Shown here piece by piece: positions 57,783-64,000 of a stretch of 64,000 nt of DNA (position 1 is its first letter; every line of letters starts with the position of its first letter). The position numbers and the translations under genes were made by a program. The notes below the pieces were generated by a model that searched no databases, was not told the DNA's origin, and saw nothing but the letters and a program-made list of their open reading frames with translations. Origin of the DNA: Candidatus Parcubacteria bacterium (GTDB lineage: Bacteria > Patescibacteriota > Minisyncoccia > Sungbacterales > SURF-37); the NCBI GenBank assembly GCA_003599755.1, contig QZJO01000011.1, forward strand, positions 66,424 to 130,423. Reading direction: 5' to 3'.

Positions 57783-58328
57783 TCAGAGCACCGAGCCGTC
57801 GGGAGCGAGGCCGCGCCGATACGTGTCATCGCCCTGCCACGGGCCCGGAATCTTGAAGAGGAATACCCGGCCGGTCATGGTCTCGCCGATGCGGGCGGAA
57901 GCCGGCATGTAGACCGAAAACTCGATCTTGGTCTGGGCGTTGGCCGGCAGGATGAAGAAGTTCTTGTCGAGCTTCATGAGCTCGCTGACCGAGCCGAAGC
58001 GCACCACGGCGACATACAGCGGAATCGCGGTGCGATTCTGGATGTCTACCCGGCGCACGGTCTGGGTTCCCGGCGAGAGGTCGCCGAAGTCGAGGCGCTC
58101 GGTCGTGGGATTCACCCCGACCCGGCCCCGGCCTTCGATGACGTGCACCTGTGCGCGATATTTGTTCGCGTCGAGGGTGATGTAAAAGATCGCCAAGAAA
58201 ACGACGGCGAGGATGACAAACAGGATTTTTTCCATCCGCGACAGCGATGAAAGCCATCGGCGGAAGCTCAGCTTGCCTGATCCGCCTTGGGCGGATCCGA
58301 CTTGTGGGATTTGAGTAGTAGGTTCCAT
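57783..58328 (-). CDS. Membrane-anchored small beta-domain protein (LDFG motif)
   Basis: One apparently uncleaved TM, then VGVNPTTERLDFGDLSPG...RRVDIQN...NFFIL.....KIEFSVYMP. Confidence 0.75.
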   Translation of the reverse strand: MEPTTQIPQVGSAQGGSGKLSFRRWLSSLSRMEKILFVILAVVFLAIFYITLDANKYRAQVHVIEGRGRVGVNPTTERLDFGDLSPGTQTVRRVDIQNRTAIPLYVAVVRFGSVSELMKLDKNFFILPANAQTKIEFSVYMPASARIGETMTGRVFLFKIPGPWQGDDTYRRGLAPDGSVL

Positions 58329-58386
58329 ACCACCCACTTGTACCCCATTTTGATCTGTTTGTCAGCCCCACGAGCTGCCCGAGTCG

Positions 58387-58501
58387 CCGCCTAGATTTCG
58401 CCGAAGCAGAACCTAGGCGGTACACTCGGATTTCCATCTGAATCTCACAAGGACTCAGGCGAAGCTTGCCGCCTAAGTTTCGCAACGCGAAAGTGAGGCG
58501 G
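58387..58501. repeat. Two short CCGCCT...AGGCGG palindromic elements
   Basis: 58387..58420 and 58469..58501; same termini as the insertion at 51835..51870. Confidence 0.6.
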
Positions 58502-58525
58502 GGTTTGGACAGCTAAGCGTGGTGC

Positions 58526-60211
58526 TTAGTTTTCGGGATATGCAGAAGATTCTGCCGGCTCGGTATCAACTTCGGTGATGTCATTCGTGCGAGCCGCCTC
58601 GGCTTCGCCATCCCACCAGTTGTCCTCGGCATTCACGTCTGCGCCGCCGGATACGGACGGACCGTACCAATTGACATTGTTCCCAAGACCTGCGGGAGCA
58701 AAGTTGTTGGTATTTACGGTCAGGACGCCGTTGTTACTCGTCCCATTCGCAGCGGCCGGAGCTACGCCGACGGCCTCAAGAACGTTGCTTTCGAAATCAT
58801 TGTGGTGAATCGAGGAAGCATCCGGGCCGTCGTTCGCCACGCCCACGTCATTGTTCAGGATGTCGTTGAACGCCACTTCATAATTTGAAGCGGTGTTGAA
58901 GAACATGGCCTGGCGCCAACCATCAAAGACATTGTGAAGAATGTCGATGTTGGTCGCGACAGGCGTTGATCCGGAACCGATCTCAGTAATCACAGCCTTT
59001 GCGTCAGCGCCCTTGGCACCCCCCGGAGCCGTGAACAGGTTGTGGCTGATTACGGTGTTATCAAGCGACGAGTTGCTGCCTTGTCCGGTTTCGTTGTGGA
59101 TGTAGATCGCGGCATTCGCGCTTGCTTGGATGAAGCTGTAGTTGGTGAATTCAAGGCCGGTGATAGTCACGTTATCAGCGTCGATGAACATGCCGCCGGG
59201 GATGTTTGCATCACCAGCCGCTCCAAGCCCCGCAATCGTCACGCTCTCATCGACGTTGATGGGGAAGGTATCGGTGCCGTTGTACGTGGAATCAACACAG
59301 ATTGTCGCTCCGGGAGCGGCTGCATCAATGGCGGCCTGTAGAGATTCGCTACCCGATACCGTATCAGTGCAATCAGCCGGATCATCATAGGAAGCGACTG
59401 CAGCCCCTACGAGGGGGCGTACTTCTTCGCTGACATCCGACACTTCGACCCAGAGGTCGCAGCCGAAGATTTTGTGTTCGTTCGCGATCGGCTGGGTGAA
59501 GGCATCGGCATCGATCGTGGAGCTCGCGCTCACACGCTCGACGAATTCCTGCCAGTCCTGGGCGCAATAGTTGCCAAAGCAAGGTACTGCAAGATCGATA
59601 ACCCAGTTGTCGACAGTATCACCGGGGAGCTCATCCTCGGTGTCCACATCCGATTTTGCCAAGCGGCCGAACGTGTCGAGATATTGAACAGTCGAGGTTG
59701 GACCGTTGGTGTCAACCCAGAATGGAATGTGGAACGAATTGGTATTGCCGTCGTTCTCATCCGGTCCGTGTTTCGAGATGTATTCGCAGAGCGACGGAAG
59801 GACGCCCCATGTTTCGCCCGTGGTAAGCTGCCGTGGAGCCTCGCCACAATCAACGCTGTAAGAGCCATCTTGGTTCGCCACGAGATGACCGGTTGTTGCG
59901 AGCGGCTCGTCCATCAGAACGGTGCCATTTTCGGCCGTGATCGCGCATTTTGGCTTCTGGCGGATGAAGTATGCGACGTCATCCACGCGACCCTCTTCCA
60001 AAAACGAGTTGGAAAGTTGAACGGTCAGCGGCTGATCCAGATGCTCCTGCGGAAAGACCGTGCCGAAGTCGATCCACTCGGTACCTACGGAAAGCGCATT
60101 CTCGATTTTTGCCGTCACGTTGACCACGTGCGCCTCGAACGCCGCGAAGAGCGGCAAGAGCGCGACCGCGGTTCCCGCGACAACGATCCCCAATGCTAGT
60201 TTCTTTTTCAT
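58526..60211 (-). CDS. Secreted protein: FEAHVVNVTA strand, Cys-rich core and right-handed beta-helix domain
   Basis: LLPLFAA|FEAHVVNVTAKIENAL, DFGTVFPQE, core Cys motifs; SLQAAIDAAAPGATICV...NVTITGLEF...ISHN...AEDNWW. Confidence 0.85.
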   Translation of the reverse strand: MKKKLALGIVVAGTAVALLPLFAAFEAHVVNVTAKIENALSVGTEWIDFGTVFPQEHLDQPLTVQLSNSFLEEGRVDDVAYFIRQKPKCAITAENGTVLMDEPLATTGHLVANQDGSYSVDCGEAPRQLTTGETWGVLPSLCEYISKHGPDENDGNTNSFHIPFWVDTNGPTSTVQYLDTFGRLAKSDVDTEDELPGDTVDNWVIDLAVPCFGNYCAQDWQEFVERVSASSTIDADAFTQPIANEHKIFGCDLWVEVSDVSEEVRPLVGAAVASYDDPADCTDTVSGSESLQAAIDAAAPGATICVDSTYNGTDTFPINVDESVTIAGLGAAGDANIPGGMFIDADNVTITGLEFTNYSFIQASANAAIYIHNETGQGSNSSLDNTVISHNLFTAPGGAKGADAKAVITEIGSGSTPVATNIDILHNVFDGWRQAMFFNTASNYEVAFNDILNNDVGVANDGPDASSIHHNDFESNVLEAVGVAPAAANGTSNNGVLTVNTNNFAPAGLGNNVNWYGPSVSGGADVNAEDNWWDGEAEAARTNDITEVDTEPAESSAYPEN

Positions 60212-60260
60212 TTGTTTGGTTTGAATTAGTTCTGCTCGACTCGACCTTTTGTACGTTCCC

Positions 60261-60362
60261 CTTTGCAGCAACCGCTGTATCAGAGCATTTCGGATACAGG
60301 AGTTGCTGCAGGGTTTTTGGCCTTCCGGCCAAAGCATAGTCCCCGCTTCCGCAGGAACTATG
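60261..60362 (-). promoter_or_regulatory. Intergenic three-hairpin structured segment
   Basis: Three consecutive stems, two closed by GGAA loops on the minus strand. Confidence 0.45.
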
Positions 60363-60374
60363 TTTGGGCGCAAG

Positions 60375-61655
60375 TTACTCCACCGGCTCCACGCACTCCT
60401 TGCTGTTGTAGCTCAGCTTGTAGAGGAGTCCCGCGGGGTTGGTTTCGGGCGTGCCGCCGGGCATCCCCTCGTTCGTGACCTCAATTTTTAGCGTATTGAG
60501 GCCGGGTGCGAGGTTCGTGACCGCGTACGCATCCTGCGTGGCGGCTTGGAAGTTGTTCGGGTTGACCAATTCTTGGCCGACGAGGATGTCGTTTACGAAC
60601 GCGCGGTACGTATTGTCGGTCGCGATGTTGAGAAACGCGCTCGTCACCGTGCCGCTGACCGTGAACGTCCGCTCGAACGTGAACGTCTCGGTGAGGGTCG
60701 GGTTATCAACCGGGTCGCTTTCCCAGATCCAGGACGCGAACGGAATACTTGCCGTCCATGCCGGATGGATTGAGGTCACGAGCTCGGCCGGCGCGTCGCC
60801 GTTTTCGGCGACCGTGGTATTCGTGTCGCTGCCGATCTGCGTGAGCGTTTCTTCGCCGAGCGCGCAGCTGACTTCGGATACTTCGACCCAAAGATCGCAG
60901 CCGAAGATTTTGTGCTCGTTTTCTTTTGGCTGGGTGTACTCGTCGGCGTTGATCGTCGAGCTGCCGCTGACGGCGGCCACGAAGTCGGCCCAGTCCTGGG
61001 CGCAGAATCCGCCGAAGCACGGCACGGCCAGGTCAATGATCCAGTTGTCTACGGTGTCGCCGTCGATCTCGTCTTCCAGATCAGTGTCGGATTTGGCGAG
61101 GCGGCCGTGCGTGTCGTTCCACGCGATGCCAAACGGCGTCTCGGCGCCGTCACCGACAATCGTCCACGGCTGGTGGAACGACGTGAGGGTCTCGTCGTTT
61201 TCATCCGGCCCTTCTTTGGAGATGTATTCGCATAGCGACGGCAACATGCCCCAGCTTTCGCCCTCAACGAGCGCGCGGGGCGCGGGGCCGCAGTCCACGG
61301 TTACCTCGCCCTCCTGATCGAGCACCAAGTGGCCGGTCGCGGCGAGCGGCTCGTCCACCAGAACGGTGCCGTTCTCGCGCGTGATGGCGCATTTGGGTTT
61401 TTGGCGGAGGAAATATTCAACGTCGTCCACGCGATCTTCGTCGAGGAATGATTGCGACAAGGCAACGCGCAGCGGCTGGTCCAGGTGCTCCTGCGGAAAG
61501 ACCGTGCCGAAGTCGATCCAGTCGGTGCTTACCTGGAGGGCATTTTCGATTTTTGCCGTCACGTTGACCACGTGCGCCTCGAACGCCGCAAACAGCGGCA
61601 AAAGCGCGATGGCGAGACCGACGGCGGCAATTCCGATGCCGATTCGTTTAGTCAT
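60375..61655 (-). CDS. Secreted protein: FEAHVVNVTA strand, Cys-rich core and jelly-roll/lectin-like domain
   Basis: Same N-terminus and core; C-terminal ASWIW...FERTF...IATDN...VN...L.PGLNTL.I.V.N...NPAGLLY. Confidence 0.85.
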   Translation of the reverse strand: MTKRIGIGIAAVGLAIALLPLFAAFEAHVVNVTAKIENALQVSTDWIDFGTVFPQEHLDQPLRVALSQSFLDEDRVDDVEYFLRQKPKCAITRENGTVLVDEPLAATGHLVLDQEGEVTVDCGPAPRALVEGESWGMLPSLCEYISKEGPDENDETLTSFHQPWTIVGDGAETPFGIAWNDTHGRLAKSDTDLEDEIDGDTVDNWIIDLAVPCFGGFCAQDWADFVAAVSGSSTINADEYTQPKENEHKIFGCDLWVEVSEVSCALGEETLTQIGSDTNTTVAENGDAPAELVTSIHPAWTASIPFASWIWESDPVDNPTLTETFTFERTFTVSGTVTSAFLNIATDNTYRAFVNDILVGQELVNPNNFQAATQDAYAVTNLAPGLNTLKIEVTNEGMPGGTPETNPAGLLYKLSYNSKECVEPVE

Positions 61656-61712
61656 GCGTCTGATTGCCGAACCGTTCCCCGAGTCCGGAAAGTCACGCGA
61701 GTGAAGCGATAA

Positions 61713-61745
61713 CCCCAAACCCCGCGGATTGCGGGGTTTGGGGGA
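61713..61745. terminator. Intergenic GC hairpin
   Basis: CCCCAAACCCCGC...GCGGGGTTTGGGG just downstream of the vWA gene. Confidence 0.45.
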
Positions 61746-61755
61746 GTTTCAGCGA

Positions 61756-63207
61756 TTACTCTTCGCAAACCGTAAGTTCGACCAAGATCGATTCAAGGTC
61801 ATCGAAATCGCTTGCGAGGAAGTATTGGCTCGGAGCATCGGCAATCTCATTCATGAGGAATGCCTCGGTGGTCGATGTGACGCCGATCCCGATGGCGAAT
61901 ACGTCGATACCGGCAGCGCGCGCCGCATCAGCTGCAGCCGCTGCGTCTATCGCGCCTTGCGCTTCGTCCGGCTGATTGGGCGCACCGTCCGAGATAACGA
62001 CCATGACGTCCTGCACCGATGGCCGCTCATGGGCATGCGCGTTATCGAGTTCGGCAATGGCAAGCGTGATGCCGGCTTCCATATCCGTGGTCCCGCCGCT
62101 TACCAAGCCATTGATAGCGGCCTGAATGGTCGCTTTGACGTCCGTGAGGTGCGAATCCAATGTTGCGCCACTGGAGAAACTCGTCTGGCCGATATGGTTC
62201 TCATTACCCGATGCCGAAGGCATGAGCGCATCAACGAACGCGAGCAATCCCGTCTTTACGGTGTTCATGTCCGTCCCGCCGATGCTGCCGGAGCGATCAA
62301 CCACAAGCATGAGGTCGATCTCTTCTTCGCAGCCAAGACCCGGCAAGCTGATGTTGAATACTTCGAACCAAAGATCGCAGCCGAAGATCTTGTGCTGATT
62401 CTCGATCGGCTGGGTCCAGTCGTCGGCATTCTCCTGCTCGTTCGCGTTATGCGTGCCGACGAATGTCGCCCAGTCCTGGGCGCAGAATCCGCCGAAGCAC
62501 GGCACGGCCAAGTCGATCAGCCAGTTATCCTCGAAGTCCTGGACGCTTTTGGCCAGGCGGCCCTGGGCTTCCAGCCAGGAGATGCTTTCACCGTTTACGG
62601 TAAACGGCGCGTGGAATGCGTCTACATCGTCATCGTTCTCCTGCTCGGTGCCGTCTTCCGTGTCTTCGTGCTTCGAAAGATACGGGCAGAGCATGGGCAG
62701 TACGCCCCAGGTCTCTTCCGGAACGGTTTGAAGCTCGCGGGGCGCGGGGCCGCAATCTACGTAGTAGCCGTCGAATTGAGTTACGCCTTCGAATGTATCG
62801 CCGGGATCCAACGGCAGCGGATCAGCTACGTCATTCGGATCATACGCGCCGGGGAATACGTGGCCGGTCCGAGTATACAGATGCGTGCCATCTTCGCCCG
62901 TGGCGGCGTCGAATTCCGTGCCGTCATTCCAGGTGATGGCGCATTTGGGCTTTTGGCGGATTACGTACTCCACGTCGTCCACCCGGTCTTCATCTTGGAA
63001 CGATTGCGACAGGGCGATGGGGATGTTCTTTACGAGATACTCCTGCGGGAAGACGGTGCCGAAGTCCAAGGGATTTACGGGAACCGTCAAAGCGTTTTCG
63101 ATCTTGGCCGTGACGTTGACCACGTGTGCCTCGAACGCCGCGAACAGCGGCAGAAGGGCAACGGTGGCGCCGGCAACGGCAAGACCGAATAGAACCTTTC
63201 TTTTCAT
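61756..63207 (-). CDS. Secreted protein: FEAHVVNVTA strand, Cys-rich core and von Willebrand factor A domain
   Basis: Same N-terminus and core; MIDAS elements VVDRSGS, GGTT, ISDGAP, FAIGIG. Confidence 0.88.
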   Translation of the reverse strand: MKRKVLFGLAVAGATVALLPLFAAFEAHVVNVTAKIENALTVPVNPLDFGTVFPQEYLVKNIPIALSQSFQDEDRVDDVEYVIRQKPKCAITWNDGTEFDAATGEDGTHLYTRTGHVFPGAYDPNDVADPLPLDPGDTFEGVTQFDGYYVDCGPAPRELQTVPEETWGVLPMLCPYLSKHEDTEDGTEQENDDDVDAFHAPFTVNGESISWLEAQGRLAKSVQDFEDNWLIDLAVPCFGGFCAQDWATFVGTHNANEQENADDWTQPIENQHKIFGCDLWFEVFNISLPGLGCEEEIDLMLVVDRSGSIGGTDMNTVKTGLLAFVDALMPSASGNENHIGQTSFSSGATLDSHLTDVKATIQAAINGLVSGGTTDMEAGITLAIAELDNAHAHERPSVQDVMVVISDGAPNQPDEAQGAIDAAAAADAARAAGIDVFAIGIGVTSTTEAFLMNEIADAPSQYFLASDFDDLESILVELTVCEE

Positions 63208-63314
63208 ATAGTTATGCAGTTAGTCGGTTAATCGGTTGAGCGACCTGCCGATGCCGGCAGGACGGAACAATGGCTCGACCTTGAAGTGCCCCGCACCGCG
63301 CGGGGTGCCGGGGT

Positions 63315-63352
63315 AAACAAAACAGAGCCGCCGCTTGCGCGGGGCTCTGCTT
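63315..63352 (-). terminator. Terminator-like hairpin inside the leader of the secreted-protein cluster
   Basis: Minus strand CAGAGCC-CCGCGCAAGCGGC-GGCTCTG-TTTTGTTT, about 110 nt before the ATG at 63207. Confidence 0.5.
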
Positions 63353-63684
63353 GAATAACGAAAAATTCCATCTCCCCAAAGGAGAGACAGCCGCGGAGCC
63401 ATGAACCGGAACACAGGGTTTTTATCATTCGGGCTCGACGGTAGTTCGGCGACCAGAGCCATCCGCCTGTTGCGCGTGCAATCGGCGGGACGGTTCTGCC
63501 CACCGCAGGGCCGGCGCGCCATCTCGTCCCGCGGTGAAGCGGGTAGACAGCAGCCCGTCGCTATGTCCGCGGTCGGCGGAAGGAAGGACGGGTTGAGCGC
63601 AGATGCCAGCCCTGCGCTGGGCAAAACGTTTGAACGGGAAATCTATCGGCTGCGGGAACGATGCAAACGTTCACCGGAGCCGTT

Positions 63685-63714
63685 AGCGTACCAGCAGTGA
63701 AAATATCCGGTCAA
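63685..63714 (-). promoter_or_regulatory. Putative sigma-70 promoter for the cluster
   Basis: Minus strand TTGACC-18 nt-TACGCT with a TGn extended -10. Confidence 0.4.
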
Positions 63715-64000
63715 TTTTCGGCACGCCGTTTTATGCACAGGTTATTCAACGCGGGGCCATTTTGGTCCAGCGCGACGGGCGGTTGACACGCCAAGCGAGA
63801 TGTCGCTACGAATGCATTGCAAAAACAGCATCGGTTTTCGGTGAGGCGAGATCGCATATGGGGGTCTTACTGCTCGTGTTCCCCAAGGTAAGACCCCCGT
63901 ATGCGAACTCGATGCTGAATTTCCCTTCGGTCCGACGCGCATTATTTAATGCGCGCCGGTCTTATTTAATTTCCCAGCGCAAAAAACATTAATCGCCGCT

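Noticed and set aside
58526-63207. Type IV pilin (class III signal peptide) reading of the 'FEAH' N-termini
   Set aside because: The hydrophobic stretch precedes the Phe rather than following it, there is no G|F...E5 pattern, and the linked peptidase is a signal peptidase I, not a prepilin peptidase.
63208-63700. Known riboswitch (c-di-GMP-I, c-di-AMP, T-box) or the 134-aa ORF 63220..63624
   Set aside because: Consensus motifs were not found by eye and the ORF has no protein-like features; kept only as an unknown structured leader.

Overview
A GC-rich bacterial window whose gene content (many small orphans, Cys-rich secreted repeat proteins, stand-alone GIY-YIG nucleases, an NqrB/RnfD-like reductase-ApbE-FMN-binding module, little core metabolism) suggests a Patescibacteria/Parcubacteria-type (CPR) genome; this taxonomy is inference only. 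Recognisable parts: a divergent IMPDH/GMPR-family gene; an exopolysaccharide locus (UDP-sugar dehydrogenase, hyaluronan-synthase-like GT2, two polysaccharide deacetylases, three copies of an uncharacterised lectin-like domain); a GT4 plus debranching-enzyme pair; an ECF sigma with a candidate anti-sigma; a flavinylation module; a sigma-54-type activator beside small Cys/His paralogs; FecR plus CHASE2 adenylate cyclase; copper-handling genes; an ABC exporter; and a lower-GC island with 207-bp direct repeats, a trypsin-like protease and a UvrD helicase next to tRNA-Asn. The best candidate for an undescribed system is the minus-strand cluster at 52.9-63.2 kb. It holds a SipW/Sec11-type signal peptidase, four paralogous secreted proteins that share a Cys-rich core but carry four different C-terminal domains (three begin 'A|FEAHVVNVTAKIEN', the fourth is divergent), one large protein with the N-terminal strand but no core, and one membrane-anchored small beta-domain protein. 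This resembles a TasA-like modular surface fibre, preceded by a long structured leader. A second oddity is a GIY-YIG gene lying between a duplicated 5' part of tRNA-Asn and the intact tRNA. All calls come from reading motifs by eye; no database searches were run, and several start codons were re-assigned from the ORF track.
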